A stretch of 64,000 nucleotides of DNA from Anaerovorax odorimutans. Its GTDB lineage: Bacteria > Bacillota > Clostridia > Peptostreptococcales > JAAYPU01. Made by a program: the position numbers and the translations under genes. The stretch lies in the NCBI GenBank assembly GCA_016841185.1, contig JAENZQ010000001.1, forward strand, positions 95,565 through 159,564. Reading direction: 5' to 3'. The notes under the pieces were generated by a model. It saw only the letters and a program-made list of their open reading frames with translations. It did no database searches and was not told where the DNA came from. Shown one piece after another: positions 1-9,735 of the stretch; position 1 is the stretch's first letter, and every line of letters begins with the position of its first letter.

Positions 1-217
1 GGTCCGTATGAATATCAAAATATAATTTCAGAAGTTTGATTATTTTTCGTGCTGCAGCCGGATTCTCTGTTATAAGTTTAATATTCATTTTTCTTTTACC
101 TGAAATCTGTATGGTCCCGCACATTCTGATAAATCCGGCTATTTCAGCTAATTGACAGCATTTGCTATCAGGTATGATTCGGGATAATTCATTTTTTGTT
201 GTTGCTGAAAAAGACAT
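1..217 (-). CDS. whiA: WhiA DNA-binding protein, N-terminal part (runs off window start)
   Basis: Own translation from ATG at 217: MSFSATTKNELSRIIPDSKCCQLAEIAGFIRMCG...TENPAAARKI, the typical WhiA N-terminus; lies downstream of rapZ-yvcK. Not in the ORF track. Confidence 0.88.
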   Translation of the reverse strand, partial: MSFSATTKNELSRIIPDSKCCQLAEIAGFIRMCGTIQISGKRKMNIKLITENPAAARKIIKLLKLYFDIHTD

Positions 218-426
218 TCTTTTCACCCTTTTTCCAAAACAATATAAGTTAAAAAACGGATTATTGGTGTAGCTGTCAGTTGAATCCAAAACGTATAATG
301 TTCAGGTTTTATTGGCAGACTAATTGATAGATTCTTAGTTTATTCATTCCAACTAAGAATCATGTCTCACTGAAGCTTCTTTTAAAAGAACTTTCAGAAA
401 TGATTCTAAATTGTGGAGGTGAATAC

Positions 427-591
427 ATGAACAAAAACCAGGATATCCGATGCAGTGTCAAAAATTGTATTTATTACAAAGATAATTATTGTACTGCTGA
501 ACGAATTCAGGTTGATAACCAGTATGGAAGTTTGTCAAACACCAGCGACGAAACAATATGTGTAACCTTTCGACCAAAGGATGATCGCTAA
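427..591 (+). CDS. Small Cys-rich DUF1540-like protein
   Basis: GGAGGTG RBS before ATG 427; IRCSVKNCIY...CTAERIQV...TICVTF pattern. Confidence 0.75.
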   Translation: MNKNQDIRCSVKNCIYYKDNYCTAERIQVDNQYGSLSNTSDETICVTFRPKDDR

Positions 592-604
592 GCTTTAAAA
601 GACC

Positions 605-1036
605 TTACTTGAAAGTAAGGTCTTTTAAAGCTTCCAATTCTACTTCAGCTCGCTTGATTACTTTTTTTTCATCTTCATACCTTGCCATTTCAGGAGCCCT
701 TTTAAAATGAATATATTTAGCTTCAATAAATCCTTCTTTTTTGAGAGGAATACAATCCATATTTTGTGATTTCATCAAAAACCAGTGTACTGTTTTTACA
801 ACTTTTTCTCTGTCAACCCATCCGTATTCAAAATGATATTTAATTTGGCCGATATATTTTACCGGTTCCGCTTTAACTCCGCTTTCTTCATGGACTTCAC
901 GGACCGCAGCATGGTAAAGATCTTCATTTTTCTCAACTCTTCCCTTAGGAAGAACCCAATCTCCATTATACTTCTTTAACAGCAATATGGTATTCCCGAA
1001 AACGACTACTCCACCGGCACTGGTTTCCCGTTTCAT
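605..1036 (-). CDS. NUDIX hydrolase
   Basis: Nudix box GRVEKNEDLYHAAVREVHEESGV; SAGGVV N-terminus. Confidence 0.9.
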   Translation of the reverse strand: MKRETSAGGVVVFGNTILLLKKYNGDWVLPKGRVEKNEDLYHAAVREVHEESGVKAEPVKYIGQIKYHFEYGWVDREKVVKTVHWFLMKSQNMDCIPLKKEGFIEAKYIHFKRAPEMARYEDEKKVIKRAEVELEALKDLTFK

Positions 1037-1108
1037 ATACATCCTCTCCACTATAATAATCAATCTCGATTACATCTTATCACAAAATATTACAAAAATA
1101 GGTTTTAT

Positions 1109-2704
1109 CTATTTAAAATTTTGTAACTCCTTTCTGAAAATGTTGATAAGATACGGGCTTTCATCCAATCTGTAAATCCTTGCAGCTCTTCCTTGGGAAT
1201 CATAATCACAGCCATTCCACCATATTGCCGCTTTAATTCTTTCATACTTGGAAATATTTTCAAACATTTCCATTACCCACTTTTCCTTACTTCCTCCCAC
1301 ACTGTTTGAAGAAAATTCTGTTATCATAAAGGGCTTGTTAAAGACTCTGTCATATTCGAGGTATAATGGATCATAAATTTCCTGAAAGCCCCGCCAAACC
1401 TCACCGGGGTAATAATTCCCCGTATTATATCCGGTCATCCCCACAATATCTACAAATGAATCCCCCGGATAATAAGCTAAAGCATGATTCCATTTAAAAT
1501 TAGGAAAAGATTTATCGTGGGGATTCCATATCCATATGACATTTTCCACGCCGTTATTCTGAAAAGTATTATAAATATATCGGTAAAGTTCCTTATAAAT
1601 CAAAGGATCTTTAGAAGTATGATAGGAAGAATAAAGACACCAATCACCATTCATTTCATTATTCAATCGAAACATGACCGGATGTCCAAAGGATTTTAAC
1701 ATCTCAGAATACTCCTTGAAAAATGCATCGTATTCCCCGTTTAATATATCATATACCATATTCCCTTCTTCATTCTGGCGCGATGTTTGCAATGTAAGCT
1801 CCACATATCTGTTTTCCTCATAGGCCTTCTTCAGCGATTCTTTGATTAATTCAAGATCATTATCTGCCGGAAGGTTCTGGTATTTTACAAGAAAATCAAA
1901 TTCAAAACCCAATAAATCTTCTGTCTTTCTGTAATGATCAAAAAAATCCGGTGCGTAATTATCAAATATCCCCCACGTCAGCTTTTCCGATTTCAAAAAG
2001 TAATTTTTATAAAAAGCCTGTGTTTCTTCATTCCAGATACGGGCACAATCACCTTCAGGCAATTTATCCATATGCGTTTTACCTGTTTTTTCTATAATAT
2101 TGAAACTTTTAATGATTTCCAAGCATAATGTGTCATCCAGGGCCTCGGATGATTTAAAAAATAAGCTGTAGACTTCTTTATGATTTTTTATGATCTCGGC
2201 GCTCAAGTAATGATTCTTGTCATTTTCTATTTTAGAGAGCTTGCTGCGGCTCCATTTTAAAATATGTATTAGATAACCGTTATGATTGAAGACCTTTTCA
2301 TCTCCCATAAAATGATCTGCTTGATTGGATAAAAACCCATTTGAATAGAAAATATAATTCCAGGCATCTGCCATTGTATTGTTCAAGTCATCGTAATATA
2401 TTTCTATTTGCATGGTTTCATTGAAGAGTATATTCATAACAGGGGAAATATGAACATCTACAAACATATCATTTGGATAATTCACACTGTAACCATTAGG
2501 GTAATCTGTTAATTTATTGAATTGATTTGTGACAGGTGTTATGGTTTTTACATCATCATCAGGATTTGAGCTTCTATTTTCTACTGTTTTCCCGTTGACA
2601 ATGATAATTTCATCTGTGGTTATAACATTATTTGCATAGGTCACCTGTGTCATAATAATAACGACCAATGATATAAATAGAGTTGAAATTCCTGCTGTTT
2701 TCAA
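1109..2704 (-). CDS. Secreted glycoside hydrolase family 26 protein
   Basis: Signal-like N-terminus; RLNNEMNGDW acid/base motif, YYPGDSFVDIVGMTGYN, FMITEF nucleophile motif. Confidence 0.8.
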   Translation of the reverse strand: MKTAGISTLFISLVVIIMTQVTYANNVITTDEIIIVNGKTVENRSSNPDDDVKTITPVTNQFNKLTDYPNGYSVNYPNDMFVDVHISPVMNILFNETMQIEIYYDDLNNTMADAWNYIFYSNGFLSNQADHFMGDEKVFNHNGYLIHILKWSRSKLSKIENDKNHYLSAEIIKNHKEVYSLFFKSSEALDDTLCLEIIKSFNIIEKTGKTHMDKLPEGDCARIWNEETQAFYKNYFLKSEKLTWGIFDNYAPDFFDHYRKTEDLLGFEFDFLVKYQNLPADNDLELIKESLKKAYEENRYVELTLQTSRQNEEGNMVYDILNGEYDAFFKEYSEMLKSFGHPVMFRLNNEMNGDWCLYSSYHTSKDPLIYKELYRYIYNTFQNNGVENVIWIWNPHDKSFPNFKWNHALAYYPGDSFVDIVGMTGYNTGNYYPGEVWRGFQEIYDPLYLEYDRVFNKPFMITEFSSNSVGGSKEKWVMEMFENISKYERIKAAIWWNGCDYDSQGRAARIYRLDESPYLINIFRKELQNFK

Positions 2705-2892
2705 TACTGAACCCCCTAAAATAATATTATAATAAATTTAGGATTTAAGATTTAAAATTGAATTTTTCAATGTAAATATCTTTTTATATATAAAATCATA
2801 CTGCCATTTTAATAGAATACCCACGCCCAGGTCTTATATATAGCATTTTGCATGCATATTAACCCCTTAATTCTTAAATCTTAACACTTAAA

Positions 2893-4146
2893 TTATTTCT
2901 GGTTATATGCAATCTCTTTTATAACAGCTGCAATTTTATCAGCATCATGTCGAATATACCCTTGCTTTACGTCAACATAAGCACCCTCGATAATTTTAAT
3001 ACCCTCCCTTTTCAGCTTTCTTGATTCTTTTCTATTTAAATATACCGGTTTTGCACCATCCTCTTCATATTTTACCAGATTATCTGTCGAAATTCTTTCA
3101 TTATTGACAAGAATGTAATCAATAATTTTTGTACCCATATGTTGATTCACTGCTTTTAAATGATCCATAACGCTATAACCGTCCGTTTCACCCGGCTGGG
3201 TCATAATATTGGTAATAAATACCTTTTTAGCTTTGGCTTGTGAAATGGCTTCAATGATTCCCTCAACAAGAAAATTAGGTATAATGCTGGTATACAGGCT
3301 TCCCGGACCCAAAACAATAACATCCGCTTCGTTGATTGCAGTGATCGTTTCTTTTATAGGTTTAGGGTGAGGCGGTTCCAGAAAAATCTGCCTGATTCGG
3401 CTCCCAGACTCCAAAACCGCAGGGGGTATTTGAGATTCCCCTGAGATTCTATCCCCATTTTCCAGCTCTGCACAAAGTTTGGCATCCTCTGCCGTTACAG
3501 GCAATACCCTTCCTTTCACAGCAAGGATCTCATGAACTTTTGTAACCGCTTCCTCAAAGTTATCATAAACTCCGGTCAGAGCTGCAATCAGTAAATTCCC
3601 AAAACTTTGCCCTGACAACCGACCTTCTTTAAACCGATACCGGAAAAGCTCCTGCATATCTTCCTCCGTATCTGCCAAAGCAAGAATGCAGCTTCGAATA
3701 TCTCCAGGAGGAAGCATCCCTAAATCTTCTCTGAGAACACCGGATCCGCCTCCATCGTCCATTGTAGTTACAATGGCTGTGATATTGGAAGTGATTTTCT
3801 TAAAGCCTCTGAGAATGACAGACAGTCCGGTTCCTCCGCCAACAACTACGATCCTGCAGCCTTTGTCAAGATAATGTTTTTCATAAATTTTATACTTAAG
3901 AAGTTCCGTTAAATCTGAAATGCCCAGGATCAAAAGCAGTGATCTGACCGCTTTGCGAACTGAAATAATAATCAAGGCAATTCCTATGAAAAATGCAGCA
4001 ATATGAAAAAAATTTTTGCCTCGATCTATGAATTGATAAAGATATGGGCAGACACCTGCAATAACAAGAAAAATTCCGATACTTCCGGCAAATATCCATC
4101 TTTTTATATGAATACCTGGTTTTAGCCAGTTAAAATATTTCATCAT
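2893..4146 (-). CDS. yvcK: YvcK/GlmR (gluconeogenesis factor, UPF0052) with N-terminal membrane segments
   Basis: VVVGGGTGLS, DDGGGSG, LPPGDIR and GPGSLYTS motifs; downstream of rapZ. Confidence 0.92.
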   Translation of the reverse strand: MMKYFNWLKPGIHIKRWIFAGSIGIFLVIAGVCPYLYQFIDRGKNFFHIAAFFIGIALIIISVRKAVRSLLLILGISDLTELLKYKIYEKHYLDKGCRIVVVGGGTGLSVILRGFKKITSNITAIVTTMDDGGGSGVLREDLGMLPPGDIRSCILALADTEEDMQELFRYRFKEGRLSGQSFGNLLIAALTGVYDNFEEAVTKVHEILAVKGRVLPVTAEDAKLCAELENGDRISGESQIPPAVLESGSRIRQIFLEPPHPKPIKETITAINEADVIVLGPGSLYTSIIPNFLVEGIIEAISQAKAKKVFITNIMTQPGETDGYSVMDHLKAVNQHMGTKIIDYILVNNERISTDNLVKYEEDGAKPVYLNRKESRKLKREGIKIIEGAYVDVKQGYIRHDADKIAAVIKEIAYNQK

Positions 4147-4155
4147 TTCCCCCTT

Positions 4156-4346
4156 TATGACCTAACACCGAATCTTTGATTCGGATGGCAGTAGAAATCC
4201 ACAAATCAAAGATTTTCGATTTCCTTGCATAAGTTCGCTTAACAATGTTATACAAATTGAGCGAGCTAATATAGGTCAAACGCAACGAGACAGGAATTTT
4301 AATTCTGTCGTCGAGACTGTGATATGACCTAACACCGAATCTTTGA
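4156..4346. repeat. Structured intergenic element bounded by perfect 24-bp direct repeats
   Basis: TATGACCTAACACCGAATCTTTGA at 4156-4179 and 4323-4346; several internal hairpins. Confidence 0.8.
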
Positions 4347-4424
4347 CTATTGGTACAAAACTCTTCCTTAATTATTATCTCGTAGTTCTTATCTCTTATC
4401 TTGCAATTTATCTGTCCCCTCATA

Positions 4425-5264
4425 TTATATGTCTCTATGTGACACAATCACTCTTTTCCCCTCTTTTGACAGAATATCATAAAATTCATTTGCAAGAACC
4501 ACAGACCTGTGCTGTCCGCCTGTGCATCCAAAAGCAATAACCAATTGTGCCTTTCCTTCCCTCACATAATAGGGAAGAAGGAATTGTATCAAGTCATATA
4601 CCTTATCTACAAAAGTTTTACTTTCCGGCCACTTCAGAACATACTCCTTAACTTTTCTATTATTTCCGGTCAAATGTTTCATACTGCTGAGATAAAAGGG
4701 ATTGGGCAGAAATCTCACATCCATGACAATATCTGAATCTAAAGGAATACCATTTTTATATCCGAAGGACAATACAGTTATTGAAAGATTCTCAACTTTT
4801 TCCTGAGAATCAAATATTTTTTTCATTTCTGCTTTCAGCTGTGCGTTTGTCATATTAGAAGTGTCAATGATGTAGTCTGCAATTTTACGAATTTCAGAAA
4901 GCTTGTCCCTCTCTATTGTGATGCCGTCCTGAATACTACCATCCTTACTGACCGGATGAATCCTTCTTGATTCCTTGTATCTCCGTATAAGAACCTCATC
5001 TGATGCTTCTAAAAAGACAATTTTATGCTTGCCTCCGACACGCTTCATATCTTCTAAAGCTTTCTTCAAATCATCAAAAAACTCCCCGCCTCTGATATCC
5101 ATTACAAAAGCAGCTTTTCTGATGTCTTTACCACCTAATGCAACAAAATCATTTATCAATTTAGGAGGCAGATTATCAATACAATAATACCCTAAGTCCT
5201 CCATGCAGTCTACCGCTTGAGTTTTTCCAGCTCCCGAAAGTCCGGTAATAATCGCAATGTTCAT
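4425..5264 (-). CDS. rapZ: RNase adapter RapZ (YvcJ)
   Basis: GLSGAGKT P-loop, IDNLPP, SFGYKNG, DVRFLPNP, GCTGGQHRSV. Confidence 0.95.
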   Translation of the reverse strand: MNIAIITGLSGAGKTQAVDCMEDLGYYCIDNLPPKLINDFVALGGKDIRKAAFVMDIRGGEFFDDLKKALEDMKRVGGKHKIVFLEASDEVLIRRYKESRRIHPVSKDGSIQDGITIERDKLSEIRKIADYIIDTSNMTNAQLKAEMKKIFDSQEKVENLSITVLSFGYKNGIPLDSDIVMDVRFLPNPFYLSSMKHLTGNNRKVKEYVLKWPESKTFVDKVYDLIQFLLPYYVREGKAQLVIAFGCTGGQHRSVVLANEFYDILSKEGKRVIVSHRDI

Positions 5265-5273
5265 TTTATCCTC

Positions 5274-6008
5274 CTATTCCACCTTTATATTGACAATTCT
5301 GCTGACAGGGAGTCCTGCTGCCTCAACTCTTTTTAGGCTGTTGTGAAATTCTCCAACTTTATCGGGACTATGCGCATCACTGCCTATTACAAATTGAACA
5401 TCCGTCTTGGATGCCTCTATTATTTCATCCACTGTTAAATGTCCGTGGCTGTTATTGATTTCCATCAATGTATGAGCTTTGGCACATGCATCTGCAATCT
5501 CCCCAATATATACAAATCCCTTGGAACCCGGGTGGGTAAGTATATTTATATCATTTAACCGGACAGCCTTTATGATCACTTCGGTATTCATTTCTTTTAA
5601 GCGCTTTATGGTGATTCCTGTAAGAGCACTCACATAATTCCCCAGGTGGATCAATCCGGAAAGGATTGGATTCCTTCCGAAAATACCATAATGATAACCT
5701 GCAAGAATAATATCGAACTGCTGCTTATCTTCTTCTGTGATATCCAGCTCTCCATTGGAATGAATAATATTTGCTTCTACGCCAAGCTTGATATCTATTT
5801 CCGGATATTTTTTGTTTAAGTCTGTAATTTCCTGGCGCATTTTTTTTATTTTTTCTCTTTTTATCCCATAAGTCACATGTCCCGGACCATGGTCAGTAAT
5901 TGCAACAGACTCCAATTTTTTTTTCACAGCCTCTTGTACATTATCCTTTATGGTACCTTTTCCATGAGAATATATGGTATGTGTATGATAATCAAATAAT
6001 AGATTCAT
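5274..6008 (-). CDS. PHP-domain phosphoesterase
   Basis: DYHTHT, ITDHG, THPG and GSDAH motifs; GAGG RBS before ATG 6008. Confidence 0.88.
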   Translation of the reverse strand: MNLLFDYHTHTIYSHGKGTIKDNVQEAVKKKLESVAITDHGPGHVTYGIKREKIKKMRQEITDLNKKYPEIDIKLGVEANIIHSNGELDITEEDKQQFDIILAGYHYGIFGRNPILSGLIHLGNYVSALTGITIKRLKEMNTEVIIKAVRLNDINILTHPGSKGFVYIGEIADACAKAHTLMEINNSHGHLTVDEIIEASKTDVQFVIGSDAHSPDKVGEFHNSLKRVEAAGLPVSRIVNIKVE

Positions 6009-6021
6009 TTTTTTCCTCTTT

Positions 6022-6936
6022 TCATTCGTCACCGATTATCTTTACTTCCGTCTCCAATAAAATATCAAATTTATCATGAACCGTACTTTGGATAATCGCA
6101 ATGAGATCCAATACATCCTGCGATGTGGCGCTCCCCTCGTTAATAATAAATCCGGCATGCAAAGGAGATACTCTTGCACCTCCTATAGATAGTCCTTTTA
6201 ACCCGGCTTCTTCTATAAGCTTGCCGGCATAATTCCCATGCGGCCTTTTGAAAATACTTCCTGCACTTGGATAATCCAAGGGTTGTTTGCTGTTACGCCG
6301 ATGGGATAATTCTTTCATTTTATCTCTGATTACTTTCTGATTTCCTTTTACTAGTTTTAAATAGACTTCCAGGATCACATAAGGATGATGATGAAAAATG
6401 CTGTCTCTATAGCCAAAATTCAATTCTCCGCCCGAAATTTCAACTTCGGTAACAAAGCTGTCCAGAGCTTTGACCTTATAAGTAATCTGACTCATTTCAC
6501 CGCCGTAAGCTCCTGCATTCATGACCACAGCTCCACCAACAGTGCCCGGTATGCCGCTTGCAAATTCTGCTCCGGACAAAGCATGCCGCATTGCCTTTGC
6601 CGCAACAGAGGACATCAGAGCACCTGCCTGAGCTGTAATGAGTTCGTCCCGAACAGATATCTTATTATAATAATCACCTATTTTTATAATAACACCATCA
6701 TATCCCTTTTCTTTTACTATGAGATTGGAACCTTTTCCCATAATATACCACTTTAATTGATGCTCTTTGCATACGGATATGGCATGGACCAACTCCTCCT
6801 TCGTCTCAGGAAGGACAAGAAGTTTTGCTGCACCTCCTAATTTAAAGGATGTATGCTCTTTCATAGGTGCATTTATTAAAAGGCGCTGTTCATCTATGTG
6901 TTCCTTAAACTTCTGATAGATCCTAGTTGTATCCAA
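6022..6936 (-). CDS. murB: UDP-N-acetylenolpyruvoylglucosamine reductase
   Basis: GKGSNL, GIPGTVGGAVVMNAGAYG, SAGSIFKRP, HAGFIIN; likely TTG start at 6936 after GGGGAG. Confidence 0.95.
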   Translation of the reverse strand: MDTTRIYQKFKEHIDEQRLLINAPMKEHTSFKLGGAAKLLVLPETKEELVHAISVCKEHQLKWYIMGKGSNLIVKEKGYDGVIIKIGDYYNKISVRDELITAQAGALMSSVAAKAMRHALSGAEFASGIPGTVGGAVVMNAGAYGGEMSQITYKVKALDSFVTEVEISGGELNFGYRDSIFHHHPYVILEVYLKLVKGNQKVIRDKMKELSHRRNSKQPLDYPSAGSIFKRPHGNYAGKLIEEAGLKGLSIGGARVSPLHAGFIINEGSATSQDVLDLIAIIQSTVHDKFDILLETEVKIIGDE

Positions 6937-7060
6937 TTTATTTACTCCCCCAATAATATAAAATATCATTGTTTTTCATTATTATACCATGTTTGAATGT
7001 CTTTTTATTCAGGAAACTGTTAATCCACCATAATTCTTTTTGTAATTTCGATCACAAATA

Positions 7061-8194
7061 TCAATGCTCATACTTATTCATCAGATCAACTCTATCCTGG
7101 TGTTCCAAGTTATTGATAAAGGATTTATTGCTATTATCCAGCAGATTCTCAAGTTTACCCATGTCGCTGTCTTCGCTGTATAACGGACTTATATCGCTTA
7201 ATACCGAAAAAGCATTGTATTTCCATAAATCCATCTGTTCACTGCTGTCTGTAAGGTGTTGAATCAATTTAAGACATATTTCTAATTTTTTCTTATCCTT
7301 TTGCTTAAACACGCCATAAGCAATGCAATTTCCGGCCAGCCCATGACCATCACTTTCATTATACAAAGTAATGAGTCTCATTTCAGCAATATTCCCCAGG
7401 CTATATTCGACTTTTGAGAGGTCCATCGTGCTGCACGCAACAGCGGAAAAGTTTCCGCTTTTAAACTGAGAAAGAATATTATTATTTTTTCTGAAGCCGT
7501 TAATTTTTTTCAGATCAATGAATTCCTGACGATCCAATATGCATTGGATGATATTATATATCGTTTTCTCATTGGCTATAAAAGGTGTTCCCGTATTTTG
7601 ATACAATATTTCCGATACATCTAAAAATTCCTTTACGTTCCAATCAATTTCTTGGGGAACATCTGCACTGCAATTTTCCAATTCATATCTGTTTAATGCG
7701 ATAATATGTAGATCAACCAATCTGGGAATTCCGTATATAGATCCCCGGTATGTGGCCGAATTTATAACACCATTGATATATCGTCTCCTTGTATCTTCAG
7801 GGATAAAGTCATTCAGAGGCTCTAATAGGCCGGATTGCTGGATATCTCTTTCACATCCTATCGGCGCAATATCAGGCAGAGAATTTGTTTTGGATGCAGT
7901 TTCGATTTCCACAAGAAAATTATCCGGATTTACCGGCTTGAAGTCAATGAAAACACCTCTGTTCTCTTTTTCAAATTGCTTTATTTTATTCGTAATCCAT
8001 TCATATCGTGTTCCATTCTCTTTATTGAAGCTGGGATAGTCCCATAATACAATTATTCCCTGCCACTTATCTTCTTTTTCTTCAGTTATTTCCTTACAGT
8101 GTTCTTTATATTCTTCAAAAATAACAGGCCCTAATATCACAAAAATCAGGACAGCCAGCGTCACTATTGCCTTCATAATTTTCAATGCATTCAT
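7061..8194 (-). CDS. Membrane-anchored extracellular solute-binding-like protein (orphan)
   Basis: N-terminal TM segment; FEKEN, LPDIAP, LLEPLND and YGIP resemble SBP family 1; no ABC partners adjacent. Confidence 0.6.
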   Translation of the reverse strand: MNALKIMKAIVTLAVLIFVILGPVIFEEYKEHCKEITEEKEDKWQGIIVLWDYPSFNKENGTRYEWITNKIKQFEKENRGVFIDFKPVNPDNFLVEIETASKTNSLPDIAPIGCERDIQQSGLLEPLNDFIPEDTRRRYINGVINSATYRGSIYGIPRLVDLHIIALNRYELENCSADVPQEIDWNVKEFLDVSEILYQNTGTPFIANEKTIYNIIQCILDRQEFIDLKKINGFRKNNNILSQFKSGNFSAVACSTMDLSKVEYSLGNIAEMRLITLYNESDGHGLAGNCIAYGVFKQKDKKKLEICLKLIQHLTDSSEQMDLWKYNAFSVLSDISPLYSEDSDMGKLENLLDNSNKSFINNLEHQDRVDLMNKYEH

Positions 8195-8301
8195 ATCGTT
8201 TCTCTCCCATAGTAATTGTTAAGTGTAAGTATAAAAGCTTCCGATTTTTATACAATTAATATGCATTAATTTTTGCATATTCAGTAAAATACTTATTATT
8301 A

Positions 8302-8339
8302 TTTGCATATTTATTAATTTTTATGAATATTTATATTGA
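8302..8339 (+). promoter_or_regulatory. Tandem ArgR/AhrC (ARG) boxes
   Basis: TTTGCATATTTATTAATT (8302-8319) and TATGAATATTTATATTGA (8322-8339), 2 bp apart, overlapping the -35 of the argG promoter. Confidence 0.7.
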
Positions 8340-8364
8340 TTCTTGTTTTTCCATCTGTTATAAT
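8336..8364 (+). promoter_or_regulatory. SigmaA promoter of argGHF
   Basis: TTGATT-17 bp-TATAAT with extended TGn. Confidence 0.75.
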
Positions 8365-8460
8365 TCTATTAAATTGGATAGCAAATAATGTATTAACTCA
8401 ATTAAGTATAAAAATAATAATATTATATGGCTGTTGATGCCATTTTTAGGAGGTAAAATT

Positions 8461-9669
8461 ATGAATAAAGAAAAGGTGGTCCTTGCATATTCAGGCGGCT
8501 TGGATACTTCTGTCATTTTGACATGGCTTAAAGAAGAATTGGGGTATGAAGTAATCGCTGTTTGTGTGGATGTAGGGCAAGAAGATGATTTCGAAGCTGT
8601 TGAAAAAAAAGCATACGAAACAGGTGCTTCAAAAGCATACATAGTGGATGTGAAAAAAGAATTCATTACAGATTATATTTTCCCTACATTAAAAGCCGGT
8701 GCCGTATATGAAAATGATTATTTATTAGGCACTTCTTTCGCTCGTCCCCTTATTTCGAAAAAGCTTGTAGAAATTGCCGAAAAAGAAAATGCAACTGCTA
8801 TTGCACATGGCGCTACAGGAAAAGGAAATGATCAGGTTCGATTTGAAGCAACCATTTATGCACTTAATCCTGTTCTGAAAATAATTGCACCCTGGCGCAT
8901 CTGGAACTTAAAATCAAGGGAAGACTGCATTGATTATGCTCAAAAACATAATATCCCAATTGCACAGACTAAAGAAAAAATATACAGCAGGGACCAGAAC
9001 ATCTGGCACATCAGCCATGAAGGCGGAAATCTGGAGGATCCATGGAATGAATACAAAGATGATATTCATGTTATGAGTCTCCCTGCAGAAAAGGCAAAAG
9101 ATAACCCGACTTTTATCGAAATCGGTTTTGAAAAAGGCGTACCTGTCACAATTGACGGCCGTAAAATCGGTCCTCTTTTGATGCTGAAGCTCCTTAATGA
9201 GGTTGCAGGTGAAAATGGCGTTGGCACCATAGATATTGTAGAAAACAGGTTGGTGGGCATGAAGTCCAGAGGCGTTTATGAAACACCGGGCGGAACAGTC
9301 TTATTCAATGCACATAAAGCTTTGGAAAAATTGGTCCTTGACAGGGATACCCTATCTTATAAAAATACCATCGCTTTAAAATATGCACAACTTGTCTACG
9401 ATGGCTTATGGTTCACACCTCTTAGAGAAGCCTTGGATGCATTTGTTAATGTCACACAGGAAAATGTAACAGGCGTGGTTAGAATGAAACTATATAAAGG
9501 AAATTGCTCAGCCGTAGCATCAAAATCACCATATTCTTTATATAATGAAGAATTCGTTACATTTGGTGCTGATGAAGTCTATAACCAAAAAGATGCTGAG
9601 GGTTTTATTAACCTCTTTACACTTCCTCTTACCATTCGTGCAATCATGAAGAAAAAACAAGAGGGTTAG
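8461..9669 (+). CDS. argG: Argininosuccinate synthase
   Basis: [33 protein letters not shown]; AGGAGG RBS before ATG 8461. Confidence 0.97.
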   Translation: MNKEKVVLAYSGGLDTSVILTWLKEELGYEVIAVCVDVGQEDDFEAVEKKAYETGASKAYIVDVKKEFITDYIFPTLKAGAVYENDYLLGTSFARPLISKKLVEIAEKENATAIAHGATGKGNDQVRFEATIYALNPVLKIIAPWRIWNLKSREDCIDYAQKHNIPIAQTKEKIYSRDQNIWHISHEGGNLEDPWNEYKDDIHVMSLPAEKAKDNPTFIEIGFEKGVPVTIDGRKIGPLLMLKLLNEVAGENGVGTIDIVENRLVGMKSRGVYETPGGTVLFNAHKALEKLVLDRDTLSYKNTIALKYAQLVYDGLWFTPLREALDAFVNVTQENVTGVVRMKLYKGNCSAVASKSPYSLYNEEFVTFGADEVYNQKDAEGFINLFTLPLTIRAIMKKKQEG

Positions 9670-9735
9670 AAGATTGGAAGGTTGGAAGTTAAACCGTATT
9701 TCTGCTAATAACACTGAAGAACGGAGGACAAAATA

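Noticed and set aside
4156-4346. Possible mini-CRISPR (two 24-bp repeats)
   Set aside because: Only two repeats, a 143-bp structured spacer, and no cas genes.
4130-4447. 105-aa ORF between rapZ and yvcK
   Set aside because: Reads through the repeat element and heptamer array; no recognisable protein features.
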